Assembly (NCBI GenBank): GCA_038065095.1
Contig: JBBTRR010000007.1
Span: 1 to 46,111, forward strand
From: Patescibacteria group bacterium
Lineage (GTDB): Bacteria; Patescibacteriota; Minisyncoccia; JACQLN01
Direction: 5' to 3'
Length of the DNA stretch: 46,111 bases
The notes beneath the pieces are model-generated. The model was given only the letters and a program-made list of their open reading frames with translations, was not told the origin of the DNA and searched no databases. Made by a program: the position numbers and the translations under genes. This document shows positions 26,255 through 35,654 of this stretch, piece after piece. Position 1 is the stretch's first letter; each line of letters begins with the position of its first letter.

Positions 26255-27739
26255 ATGAAAAATAAAGAAATATTTTTAGAGGAAAAGTTTGATGGCGGAT
26301 TAAAACACGCTTTATTTTCAAACTTCAGTAATTACTCAGAAGCTATTTTGGAATTAATAGACAATTCTGTAAGTAATCGAATAGTTAGCAATGTACTAAC
26401 TATTAGTCTCTTAGTTACAAATAAAACCCTGACCATTATTGATAAAGGTGGTGAAGGTATGGATTTAAAAAAAATAGAAGAATTTTTAAAATGGGGGATA
26501 ATTAAATCAAGAAGTTATCAAGATATTGGAGCTTATTCACAAGGAGGTAAAGCTGCAATGGGGTATTTGGGAAGGAGTATGGTTCTAATAACTTCTCCAA
26601 ATGGGAAAAAAGAACAATATAAATTTGAAGATGATAATCTTCATGATTACAGTATAAAAAAATATAAGATAGTAAAAATACCAACACAGGTTGAAGAAGG
26701 TCAGACACAAATTGAAATAAAAGGACTAACTAGAAATATAAAAGAAGAGGTATTAAAACCAATTCTTTTAGATACGTACCGTCCTTTAATTGAAAATAAC
26801 GAAATTGTTATAAAATATAATGGGGAAGTTTTAAAATTAACCCAATTTCCTATTGACGAAACTTTCAGGAAACAATCATTTTCTTTTCTAGTATCAAGAG
26901 TTTTTAATGGTACGATTTCCGGATGGGTAGGAAGATTAAGTTCAAAACCTGGAATTAAGGGGGGTATGAGGTGTTATAAAAAAGGCAGGTTGATATGTGA
27001 TAAGGAATTTTTTAGTAAATATGATGCTCATTATAAAGGAACATTAAATTATCTCTTCGGTGAAGTTCATTTAGATCATGTTACCGCTAATACCAATAAA
27101 ACAAATTTTGATAGAGATTCTCTTGAGTGGATGGAGGTGGAAGAAAAAATGTTCGAAATTTTAAAACCACATATTGACGATTTATTGGGTAGAGAAATAA
27201 AAGAACCTACTGACGAAGAAAAAACTAGAGTAAAAGATGCAAAAGAATTGGTTGCAGAAATGATGAAAATGAGAAAAACTGATTTAAAAGAAAATTTTCT
27301 AGAAGGAGAATCGATGGGACAAAAAAAGCCAGAGAAAGATGAAAAGGAAACCGAGATACATAAATCTATTATTCAAAAAAAAGGATATTCACCCAAAACC
27401 CCTCCTCCAAAAGATGCTATTGGTAAAAGGAGGCGGTTAAGAGAATTTATGGATTGGGATGTTAATCCTATAGATGAATCGGTGAGAAGTATAATTAAAG
27501 AAGATGGTAATTCTAAATTATTAGTGATAAATAATCTGTTTTCCGGATTTAAAAAAGCTAGTGGTAATAATCTTTATTTAATAGAAACAGCTGCGATTCA
27601 ACTTTCTCTTCCAGAAAAAGATGAAAAAATGACTCCTGAGGAGTACATAAAATCTTTTGATGAATTGTACAGTTACTTTTGTGATAACTTGGAATTAGCC
27701 AAGGAAAATATTAAAAAAAGAAAAAGGGAAACGAATTAA
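26255..27739 (+). CDS. MORC-like GHKL ATPase
   Basis: AILELIDNS, DKGGEGM, YSQGGKAAM Bergerat motifs; S5-like GEVHLD...NKTNF. Confidence 0.8.
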   Translation: MKNKEIFLEEKFDGGLKHALFSNFSNYSEAILELIDNSVSNRIVSNVLTISLLVTNKTLTIIDKGGEGMDLKKIEEFLKWGIIKSRSYQDIGAYSQGGKAAMGYLGRSMVLITSPNGKKEQYKFEDDNLHDYSIKKYKIVKIPTQVEEGQTQIEIKGLTRNIKEEVLKPILLDTYRPLIENNEIVIKYNGEVLKLTQFPIDETFRKQSFSFLVSRVFNGTISGWVGRLSSKPGIKGGMRCYKKGRLICDKEFFSKYDAHYKGTLNYLFGEVHLDHVTANTNKTNFDRDSLEWMEVEEKMFEILKPHIDDLLGREIKEPTDEEKTRVKDAKELVAEMMKMRKTDLKENFLEGESMGQKKPEKDEKETEIHKSIIQKKGYSPKTPPPKDAIGKRRRLREFMDWDVNPIDESVRSIIKEDGNSKLLVINNLFSGFKKASGNNLYLIETAAIQLSLPEKDEKMTPEEYIKSFDELYSYFCDNLELAKENIKKRKRETN

Positions 27740-27935
27740 TTCAGAACAGTATTTTGGTAGTGTTCCAGAAGTTGCGTGGAATTTTTATATAGGAGGTTAC
27801 CAGCCTGCTCAAAAATGGCTCAAAGATCGCAAGGGTAGAACTTTAACCAATGCCGATATCGAACATTATCAAAAAATTATTGTTGCATTAGTAGAGACGG
27901 ATAGAATTATGAAGGAGATTAACGCAGTATTATGA
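27735..27935 (+). pseudogene. Headless C-terminal remnant of a Type ISP restriction-modification enzyme
   Basis: Translates INSEQYFGSVPEVAWNFYIGGYQPAQKWLKDRKGRTL...HYQKIIVALVETDRIM; no start codon. Confidence 0.8.
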
Positions 27936-28537
27936 AAGAACAATTAGACTATTTTCGAGATAACATTTTTGAGGCAAAATCGGTATACAATGGATGGAAG
28001 ATGATTGTTTATTCTAAGTGGGTTGCTTATGTTGGGCAAGATTTGGCTGAAAAGTATGTAAAAATCCAAAGTTATCATAAAGATTTTTTCTATTTAGCCG
28101 AGAGATCTTTCTTATTCCATTGGGTTTTATTAGTTCTTCATTGTTTTGATCCACGTAAAGACTCTTTTTCATTACGAAAAATTGCACGGCAAGAAACTGA
28201 GTTGTTTTTGAAGGAATCACAGAATAAAAAAATATTTAGTAATTTAAAAATAGTTCGTGACACCCTTTTGGCACATAGGAGTAAGGCTATTAAAAAAAGA
28301 GATATTGGTAGTATGGAGGAACTTGATTTATTTTTCAAAAATATAGAAGATTTTTATAATAAGATTCTAGATAATCTTGGTAAGTCTAAGGTGATGTTCC
28401 AAAGAACCGATGACATAAAATATGATATTGAGGATTTGTTTATGAATATTGAAGGAGGAGAGTTAGCAAGAAAAAACAAATTAGATGGTGATTGGTCGTT
28501 GAAGGGAAACCTTAATAGAATTTCAAATATTCTTTAG
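27932..28537 (+). CDS. HEPN (AbiU2-like) domain protein
   Basis: All-helical; FD..KDSFSL and RDTLLAH (Rx5H) motif. Confidence 0.6.
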   Translation: MKEQLDYFRDNIFEAKSVYNGWKMIVYSKWVAYVGQDLAEKYVKIQSYHKDFFYLAERSFLFHWVLLVLHCFDPRKDSFSLRKIARQETELFLKESQNKKIFSNLKIVRDTLLAHRSKAIKKRDIGSMEELDLFFKNIEDFYNKILDNLGKSKVMFQRTDDIKYDIEDLFMNIEGGELARKNKLDGDWSLKGNLNRISNIL

Positions 28538-28593
28538 GTGTTGTGGTTTATGTGGAAGTTGTGGAAGTGTGTTTGATTTGGTATATTTGAAGT

Positions 28594-28818
28594 ATGAAAA
28601 GGCTATATATCTTTAACAGACTTTTTGCAGAGCCTTCATTTATTGAGGGTATGTCTCGCGTACTTGATTTGGGTGGGACATTGCAGGAATATAATGATTC
28701 TAATACAGAACAAAAAGCCGATACTGAAGCGCTTAAGAATGATTGGCGCGCCGTGGGGGATGATTTGAGGTTTTCTATTTCAAATTATAAAAACGATCTT
28801 GCTGATTCCTCAAAATAA
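28594..28818 (+). CDS. Small hypothetical protein paired with DUF2335
   Basis: PSFIEGMSRVLDLGG...DTEALKNDWRAVGDDL. Confidence 0.65.
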   Translation: MKRLYIFNRLFAEPSFIEGMSRVLDLGGTLQEYNDSNTEQKADTEALKNDWRAVGDDLRFSISNYKNDLADSSK

Positions 28819-29221
28819 TCAAAGTTCTTCTAAGGAGAACAAAGTAATTCTTACAGAGATTTCTCAATCTTTTTCTGGTCCGCTTCCTCCTCCAGATATT
28901 TTGCGTCAGTTTGATGAAGTAGTTCCTGGAGCTGCCGAACGAATTATTAAAATGGCGGAAGATCAATCTACTCACAGAAGAGAGTTAGAGAAAAAAGTTA
29001 TTGATTCGGATATCACCCGTTCAAAATGGGGACAGATTCTTGGTTTTATCATTGCTATTTCTGGTCTTGTTGTATCTGCCATAGTTGCTGTTTATGGTAG
29101 CGCTCTTGCTGGCGGAATTATTGGTGTTGGCACTCTTGCTTCTCTTGTCGGTGTTTTTATGTATGGTTCTAGGACTAGAAGCAGGGAAAGAGGGGAAAAA
29201 GATAGTTTAAAAACAAACTAA
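28799..29221 (+). CDS. DUF2335 membrane protein
   Basis: FSGPLPPP..L..FD..VPGAAERIIKMAE.Q..HR plus two TM segments. Confidence 0.85.
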   Translation: MLIPQNNQSSSKENKVILTEISQSFSGPLPPPDILRQFDEVVPGAAERIIKMAEDQSTHRRELEKKVIDSDITRSKWGQILGFIIAISGLVVSAIVAVYGSALAGGIIGVGTLASLVGVFMYGSRTRSRERGEKDSLKTN

Positions 29222-29336
29222 ATAATCTTTAAACCATCAGAGATCATTTTTTGGTAAACCTAGATTTTATAAACCCTACAATTTTCTGGCGGTGGGTTTT
29301 GCAATATTTAAATCGGTTTGGTATGATCAGCAAATA

Positions 29337-29558
29337 ATGAAAAGTAAGCTCACTAGAAAAATTTATCAATATACAGCTGTGTTTGAGCCAGACAAGAATT
29401 CTGGGGGTTTTACAGTTACTATTCCGACCTTGCCAGGGTGTGTTTCCGAAGGAGACACTTTTGAGGAAGCTCTAAAAAATATTAAGGAGGCGGCTGTTTT
29501 ATATATTGAGGTTATGCGTGACAGAAGTTTTAACGTTCCGTCATTGTATCCATTCTAA
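29337..29558 (+). CDS. HicB-family antitoxin (short, orphan)
   Basis: GGFTVTIPTLPGCVSEGDTFEEALKNIKEA. Confidence 0.8.
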   Translation: MKSKLTRKIYQYTAVFEPDKNSGGFTVTIPTLPGCVSEGDTFEEALKNIKEAAVLYIEVMRDRSFNVPSLYPF

Positions 29559-29612
29559 TTTTGTTGATGAGGGTAAATTAGATAGATTGTAACGGCACAT
29601 TACCCGTGGATA

Positions 29613-29722
29613 TTGACTTAAAATACTTGCCTGCTATACTAAGTATACAAATGCCTTCGGGCCGGCCCCCGCAAGGGGGAGAACAAAGAAAAACCGCTAA
29701 AACAAGTCTTTGCGGTTTTTTT
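29613..29722 (+). ncRNA. Candidate small RNA or leader of about 75 nt, with promoter and terminator
   Basis: TTGACT-16-TATACT; GCC-TTCG-GGC and CCCCC-GCAA-GGGGG hairpins; AAAAACCGC/GCGGTTTTTTT terminator. Confidence 0.45.
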
Positions 29723-29801
29723 GATGTATTATTAAGGTTAAGACTTGGTAAATGTGGGTGTTGTCGTTTATACTCGTTTTTTGTTATAGTGTATATATAA
29801 T

Positions 29802-30293
29802 ATGTCTCTCCAGAAGAATAAATATCAGCAAATAATTCTCTATTTATGCCAGAAATTAGGCGGAGAAGTAAGAGGAAAAAAGAAGTTGGCCAAGCTTCTG
29901 TATTTTGTTGATTTTGATTTTTATGAAAAATATCAAAAATCAATAACAGGCGATACTTATAAAGCTTTGCCTATGGGTCCTGTTCCTGTTTCTCTCGAGA
30001 ATATGACTGCAGAAATGGTTAAAAAGAAAATGCTCAATGTTGAAACCTTAGAAGAGCGAGAGGGATACATACCAACTGAAGTTTATCGTTCCAAAGATGA
30101 AGTTGATCTGTCTGTTTTTAGTCTGGAAGAAAAAAAAATGTTAGATCGTGTGTTAGTTAAATACGGTCATCTTAATGGTAAACAGTTAGAGGAATTGTCT
30201 CATGCTGAGGCTCCTTATATTGGCACTGAACTCAAAAAAGAAATTCCGTACGAATTGTCATTTTATAGAGGTACAGATTTTAGTGATTTATGA
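29802..30293 (+). CDS. Panacea (DUF4065/SocA-like) antitoxin
   Basis: KKLAKLLYFVDF, SITGDTY.ALPMGPVP, LEELSH.EAPY. Confidence 0.85.
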   Translation: MSLQKNKYQQIILYLCQKLGGEVRGKKKLAKLLYFVDFDFYEKYQKSITGDTYKALPMGPVPVSLENMTAEMVKKKMLNVETLEEREGYIPTEVYRSKDEVDLSVFSLEEKKMLDRVLVKYGHLNGKQLEELSHAEAPYIGTELKKEIPYELSFYRGTDFSDL

Positions 30294-30658
30294 TCGAGTT
30301 TCTATATCACGATGGTATTAGGAAAGAAATCGCCATATTAGAAAGGCGATTTCATGGTATTCAGGATGGCCTAAAATCTTTTGAGCGTTTATGTGAGGTG
30401 CAGTTTAATCCCACTAGACCTAGTCAGGTTATAGCTCCAGCAAAATTACACCGTATTTCTCAAAATAACATTTGGACGTTATGGAAAGTTGAGTTTGTTA
30501 TACCTAACTCAAATCTTCGGCCAAATCAGTATCCTAGGATGTGGTTCGCAGTTAAGGGCGATATAGTTGCATTTCTTTGTATATCAACTCATGTTGATAA
30601 CTATAACAATAAAGAAATGGATATTATTGCCAAAGCAAGAGTATCTGATATTTTTTAA
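30290..30658 (+). CDS. Putative toxin (RelE-like fold) partnered with Panacea
   Basis: ATGA overlap with the antitoxin; LWKVE...PRMWFAV...FLCISTH. Confidence 0.55.
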   Translation: MIEFLYHDGIRKEIAILERRFHGIQDGLKSFERLCEVQFNPTRPSQVIAPAKLHRISQNNIWTLWKVEFVIPNSNLRPNQYPRMWFAVKGDIVAFLCISTHVDNYNNKEMDIIAKARVSDIF

Positions 30659-30662
30659 AACA

Positions 30663-31301
30663 CTATTTAACAAATTTAGACTTTATAAACCTAGCAATCT
30701 TTTCTCGGTCGGATTTGTTTTTTAGAATATGTATTGCAGAAGGTAATATAGATAGGAAGATAATCAAGCCTATTATGGGTAATAAATATTTATCTATATT
30801 TGGAATAACATTGCCTAAAAAATAACCCATGCTGGTTAAACCTACTGCCCATAAAAAACCACCAATTACGTTATAAAAAAGAAAGGTAGAATATTTCATT
30901 TTGCCCACGCCAGCGAGTATTGGCGCGAATGTGCGTACTATGGGCATAAATCGCGCAAGTATTATAGCTTTACCACCATTTTTTTCGTAAAATTTTTGGG
31001 CACGTTCCAAGTGATCGCGGTGAAACAAAAAAGAATTCTTTTTGTTAAATAGTTTGTAGCCAATCTTATTACCAAAGGCATAGCCAAAACTATCGCCCAA
31101 AATTGCGGCAAAAAATGTTAAAGGAATTAAAATTTTTATATCCAAAAAATTTTGTGAAGCTAAAAAACCTGCCGTAAAAAGCAAGCTGTCGCCAGGCAAA
31201 AAGAATCCAATAAAAAGTCCAGATTCGGCAAAAACTATGCCAAACAAGCCTAGGTATCCAGCTGTTTTTATCAGAGATATAAGGTCAAACATAGCCTTCA
31301 C
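30663..31301 (-). CDS. DedA/VTT family membrane protein
   Basis: FAESGLFIGFFLPGDSLLF, ARFMPIVRTFAP. Confidence 0.93.
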   Translation of the reverse strand: MKAMFDLISLIKTAGYLGLFGIVFAESGLFIGFFLPGDSLLFTAGFLASQNFLDIKILIPLTFFAAILGDSFGYAFGNKIGYKLFNKKNSFLFHRDHLERAQKFYEKNGGKAIILARFMPIVRTFAPILAGVGKMKYSTFLFYNVIGGFLWAVGLTSMGYFLGNVIPNIDKYLLPIIGLIIFLSILPSAIHILKNKSDREKIARFIKSKFVK

Positions 31302-31342
31302 ATTCTAGCAGTAAAATGTTACTTTATGAAAGCTATTAAGTC

Positions 31343-31415
31343 GCCGATGTAGCTCAGACGGTAGAGCAGCACTTTCGTAAAGTGAAGGTCGTCGGTTCGA
31401 TTCCGACCATCGGCT
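31343..31415 (+). tRNA. tRNA-Thr(CGT)
   Basis: Anticodon arm CACT-TT-CGT-AA-AGTG; GCCGATG/CATCGGC acceptor. Confidence 0.93.
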
Positions 31416-31422
31416 CATATCT

Positions 31423-32199
31423 ATGAAATTATTGATATCCAGCTATACTTTTGAACCATTTCCTCTGGAAGAGGTGTTTTTGTTTGCACACAATGTTAAG
31501 GCTGATGGTATAGAATTGGTGTTAACTCCACAGGTGTATAAACTAGGTTTTGAAGCTGTTAAAAATCTTTCTAGCAAATATCAAGTGCCAGTTGTTAATA
31601 TTCACCAGCCACCTTGGTATGTTCTTTTTACTGGTAAAAAACAGATGAATAAAATGATAGCCATCGCTAAAGATTTTGGTGCAGAAAATTTAGTTGTTCA
31701 CTTGGCCACAGTAAGGCAGGGTTTTAATAGTAAATTTTTTGATTGGATTCGAGAAAGGGAAATGGAAAGTAAAATTAATATAGCTTTCGAAAATGCAGCT
31801 CCGCGTGGTTTAGAAAGTTGGCCGGATTATTGTGGTCATCCAGATAAGTTGGAGACTTTTGTAAAATCAAAGCATGTTAATCTTACACTGGATGTAGCTA
31901 AAGCAGTTTTAAAAGGTTTTGATCCATATCAGTTTTTTCAAAGAAATAATAGTAACGTTAAAGTAATTCATATGCATGGTTTTTCTAAGGATGGACATTT
32001 CCATAAAAGTTTTTTAGAAGATACATTTGATTGGCCTGGTTTTTTTTCTTTTGTAAGAAAATTTAATTATACTGGCGCCATAACTATGGAAATTTTTCCT
32101 TTGGGTCGTATATTTTACTTTAAACTGCCATCCAATGATAGTTTAGATCGAGCCAAAGAAGTAATAGAAGAGAGTTTTAGGATGTTGAAGAGGGTATAA
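31423..32199 (+). CDS. Sugar-phosphate isomerase/epimerase (AP-endonuclease-2 TIM barrel)
   Basis: DGIEL, VVH, IAFEN, LTLDVA, IHMHG, ITMEI. Confidence 0.75.
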   Translation: MKLLISSYTFEPFPLEEVFLFAHNVKADGIELVLTPQVYKLGFEAVKNLSSKYQVPVVNIHQPPWYVLFTGKKQMNKMIAIAKDFGAENLVVHLATVRQGFNSKFFDWIREREMESKINIAFENAAPRGLESWPDYCGHPDKLETFVKSKHVNLTLDVAKAVLKGFDPYQFFQRNNSNVKVIHMHGFSKDGHFHKSFLEDTFDWPGFFSFVRKFNYTGAITMEIFPLGRIFYFKLPSNDSLDRAKEVIEESFRMLKRV

Positions 32200-32217
32200 T
32201 TTGTTATAATTGTTTTA

Positions 32218-33316
32218 ATGATTCTTGGTTTTAAAAATCGTTTGAATGAACTAAAAAATAAATTACGTCTTTTGACGGACTGTCTTTGACCTTGTTCATA
32301 AAAAATCTAGAGCTAAAGAATTAGAAAAAGAAATTTTGGTTGAAAATTTTTGGCAGGAAAGAGAAAGAGCTAAAAGAATAAGCCAGGAACTAGCCGATAT
32401 TAAAGATGTTATAGAAAAGTGGCATAATTACGAAAGTGATTTTAAGCACCTAAACGAGATTGTGGATTTGTTAGAAAGTGTAGGCGAGGGCGATTCTTTG
32501 CACAAAGAATTTGAAAGATCTTTGCAAAAGCTAGAAGAAAAAATAGAGAAAGAAAAATTTTTAATTTACCTTTCTGGCAGATACGATAAAAATAATGCCA
32601 TATTAAGCATATATTCGGGTGCAGGTGGAACCGATGCTCAGGAATGGGTAGAAATGCTTTTAAGAATGTATTTAAAGTATTGCGAAAAAACTGGTTTTAA
32701 AGCTCAAGTAGTGGCCGTAACTTCTGGCCAAGAAGCTGGTTTAAAAAATGCTATAATAGAAATACGTGGCAAATATGCTTACGGTTATTTAAGGCGTGAG
32801 AATGGCGTGCATAGGTTAGTAAGAATTTCTCCGTTTTCATCGCAGGGTTTAAGGCATACTTCGTTTGCTTTGGTGGAGGTAATGCCAGAAATAGAAGAAA
32901 TAGGCAATATAGAAATTAAACCGCAAGATGTTAGAGTAGATACTTATAAAGCGGGTGGGCCGGGCGGGCAATATGTTAACAAAACAGAATCAGCCATAAG
33001 AATAACGCATATTCCTACAGGGCTAGTTTCTACTTCGCAAGCAGAACGTTCGCAGGGTACCAATAAGGACAAAGCCATGAAACTGCTTTATGCTAAAATT
33101 CAGCAAAAGTTAGACGAAGAGCATAAAAAAACTGTAGACGAACTAAAGGGTGGAGCCGTGCCGATAGAGTGGGGTCACCAGATACGTTCGTATGTTTTAA
33201 ATCCTTATAAAATGGTTAAAGATCATCGTACTGGGTTTGAAACAACTCAAGCTGAAAAAGTTTTAGATGGAGAGTTAGAAGATTTTATAGAAGCAGAACT
33301 CAAACATAAAGAATAA
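32218..33316 (+). CDS. prfB: Peptide chain release factor 2, programmed +1 frameshift at CTT-TGA-C (32284-32290)
   Basis: SPF and GGQ motifs; 23-codon upstream ORF from ATG 32218 ends CTT TGA and the +1 frame joins 32336..33316. Confidence 0.95.
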
Positions 33317-33996
33317 TGATTCATTTTAAAAATGTTTCCAAAATTTATTTGCCGCATATGGTGGCTTTGGAAAATGTAAATTTAATAATTAAATCAAAAG
33401 AATTTGTTTCTTTGGTGGGTTCGTCGGGCGCAGGTAAATCTACTCTTTTAAGAATGTTGATAGGTGAAGAAGCTCCAAGTATGGGTGAAATAATTGTAGG
33501 GGATGTTTCTATAAATTCCTTAAGTAATAAGGAAATGCCTTATATGAGAAGAAAAATAGGCACGGTGTTTCAGGATTATAAACTTTTACCCACTAAAACT
33601 GCTTACGAAAATATTGCTTTTGCTATGGAGGTTGCCGGTAAAGATGATATGGAAATTAAAGAAGACGTGCCACAGGTTTTGAGCTTGGTTGGTTTGGAAG
33701 ATAAAGCAAAACAATTTCCTTATCAACTTTCTGGCGGTGAAAGGCAACGCGTGGCTATTGGCAGGGCTTTGGTGCATAGGCCCGATATTTTAGTGGCGGA
33801 CGAACCTACTGGCAATTTGGACCCTGTTAATACTTGGGAAGTTGTTAATCTTTTACTTAAGTTGAACGAACTTGGTGCTACAGTTATTTTAGCTACACAC
33901 GATAATAGTATTGTTAACAATTTAGAACGCAGAGTGGTGTTAATGGAAAAAGGCAGAGTAGTTAAAGATGATCTTAAGGGGAAATACCTTATTTAA
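33316..33996 (+). CDS. ftsE: Cell division ABC ATPase FtsE
   Basis: GSSGAGKST, VFQDYKLL, LSGGERQRV, ADEPTGNLDP. Confidence 0.93.
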   Translation: MIHFKNVSKIYLPHMVALENVNLIIKSKEFVSLVGSSGAGKSTLLRMLIGEEAPSMGEIIVGDVSINSLSNKEMPYMRRKIGTVFQDYKLLPTKTAYENIAFAMEVAGKDDMEIKEDVPQVLSLVGLEDKAKQFPYQLSGGERQRVAIGRALVHRPDILVADEPTGNLDPVNTWEVVNLLLKLNELGATVILATHDNSIVNNLERRVVLMEKGRVVKDDLKGKYLI

Positions 33997-34032
33997 AATT
34001 TTCAATTATCAATTTACAATTTTCAAACAATA

Positions 34033-34953
34033 ATGAAAGAAAAAATATTAAGAACTTTAAATAGGGTAACGAAATCGGGTATAAATTCTTTTTGGCGCAA
34101 TAAATGGGTTTCTACCGCTACCGTTAGTGTTATGGTTATAACGCTAAGTTTAATAACTAGTTTGTTTTTGCTTTCTGTTGTAGCAGGCAGTATTCTTACC
34201 GATTTAGAACAAAAAGTAGATATTTCTGTTTATTTTAAATTAAATACTACGGAAAGCGAGGTTTTAAAAGTTAAATCGGAATTAGAAAAAATTTCCGATG
34301 TAAAAAGCGTGGAATATGTTTCGCGGGCGGAGGCTTTAGCTAAATTTGAAACAGAGCACGAAAACAATCCTTTAATTATTAAATCCCTAGAAGAATTGGG
34401 CGATAATCCATTAGAAGCCTCGCTAAATATTAAAGCTAAGTTAATAGATAACTACGAATCCATCGCCTCGTTTTTAGAAAGCACAAGATTTTCGGCTATG
34501 GTAGATACGGTCAATTATAGGCAAAATCAAAAAGTTATAGAAAAACTTTCTAGTATTTTAAGTACTGTAAGAAATTCTGGTTTTATAGCTATTTTGGTTC
34601 TTGGTTTTATTGCGGTACTTGTTACTTTTAATACTATTCGTTTAAAGATTTATTCTATGCGAGAAGAAATTGGGGTGATGCGTTTGGTGGGCGCATCTAA
34701 TTGGTATATTCGCGGGCCGTTTATTATTGAGGGTATATTACATGGCATGGTTTCTTCTTTGGTTACAACAATTATTTTCTACCCCATACTTGTTTTTGTT
34801 TCGCCAAAAATTTCGGCTTTTCTTTCGGGTATAGATATTGCAGCCTATTTTAGAAACAATTTTTTTCAGATATTTTTACTTCAAACTTTAGTAGGGGTAT
34901 TTCTAGGTGTTATCTCTAGCTTAATCGCTATGAGGCGATACCTAAAAATATAA
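34033..34953 (+). CDS. ftsX: Cell division permease FtsX
   Basis: EIGVMRLVGASNWYIRGPFIIEG; adjacent to ftsE. Confidence 0.92.
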   Translation: MKEKILRTLNRVTKSGINSFWRNKWVSTATVSVMVITLSLITSLFLLSVVAGSILTDLEQKVDISVYFKLNTTESEVLKVKSELEKISDVKSVEYVSRAEALAKFETEHENNPLIIKSLEELGDNPLEASLNIKAKLIDNYESIASFLESTRFSAMVDTVNYRQNQKVIEKLSSILSTVRNSGFIAILVLGFIAVLVTFNTIRLKIYSMREEIGVMRLVGASNWYIRGPFIIEGILHGMVSSLVTTIIFYPILVFVSPKISAFLSGIDIAAYFRNNFFQIFLLQTLVGVFLGVISSLIAMRRYLKI

Positions 34954-34989
34954 CTACTGTTCTTTAACTATTTGGCAGGGGAGGCCAAT

Positions 34990-35490
34990 ATGAACACTGC
35001 TGGGTCTGTACGATCTAGGGAGTGGGCAAGTTTATTAAGAGATGTAGGATTAGCTTTTTCAAAGTTAGCTTTAATTATTGTGTTGGTTTTTTTGTTGTCA
35101 GGTTTTATTTTTCATCTGTATTTTACCCCCAGTAAAATAGAGGCTAAACCTAGGGCCGAAGTCTTGGCTTCGGCTAAAAAATACTCCGAACTTCTTACCA
35201 TGACCGAGAATCTTTACGGTTTAAAGGAAAGTATAAAAACTTATAAAAACAGATTAACCGCTATTGCAGTTGCTAATAGAAATAGACCAGAATTTTTATG
35301 GTCAAAGAAAGAAATTTCTGGACGCGATAAGTTTAAAGAAAGATACGAAACACTTATGGCGGACTATGGCACGATGGTGTTCGAGTATAATTCACGGCAC
35401 GAAGCTATAAATTATTGCTTTATATATCCTAGTAAATTGCCAAGTGGAGTAGTAAAAACCCTGCCCAAATATTATGTTTCTTTAGAGTAG
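34990..35490 (+). CDS. Hypothetical single-TM protein
   Basis: GGAGG SD before ATG 34990; TM then helical domain. Confidence 0.55.
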   Translation: MNTAGSVRSREWASLLRDVGLAFSKLALIIVLVFLLSGFIFHLYFTPSKIEAKPRAEVLASAKKYSELLTMTENLYGLKESIKTYKNRLTAIAVANRNRPEFLWSKKEISGRDKFKERYETLMADYGTMVFEYNSRHEAINYCFIYPSKLPSGVVKTLPKYYVSLE

Positions 35491-35493
35491 CAA

Positions 35494-35524
35494 AAAACCC
35501 GCGAAACACAACTTCGCGGGTTTT
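35494..35524. terminator. Bidirectional intrinsic terminator
   Basis: AAAACCCGCGAA-ACACAAC-TTCGCGGGTTTT between convergent genes. Confidence 0.75.
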
Positions 35525-35532
35525 AAATTTAG

Positions 35533-35620
35533 ATGTTAACGATTCAAACGATCGTTCAGGTTGTTAACATGGTGATCTTTATCTAAACATTATTTTACGA
35601 TCGTTGGTTTTTGTTAAGAT
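35533..35620. repeat. Two tandem imperfect palindromes (38 and 40 bp) centred on ACGATCGT
   Basis: ATGTTAACG..CGATCG..TGTTAACAT and ATCTAAACA..CGATCG..TGTTAAGAT. Confidence 0.7.
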
Positions 35621-35654
35621 AAAAATTATAAGGGTCAACTTTTAAAAGCTGGTT

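Noticed and set aside
28540-28572. TGTGG-containing 9-nt repeats as DnaA boxes or an origin
   Set aside because: Two or more mismatches to TGTGGATAA and no dnaA/dnaN context
29578-29943. ORF 29578..29943 (-) as a gene
   Set aside because: Antisense to the Panacea gene and the promoter/hairpin region; no motif
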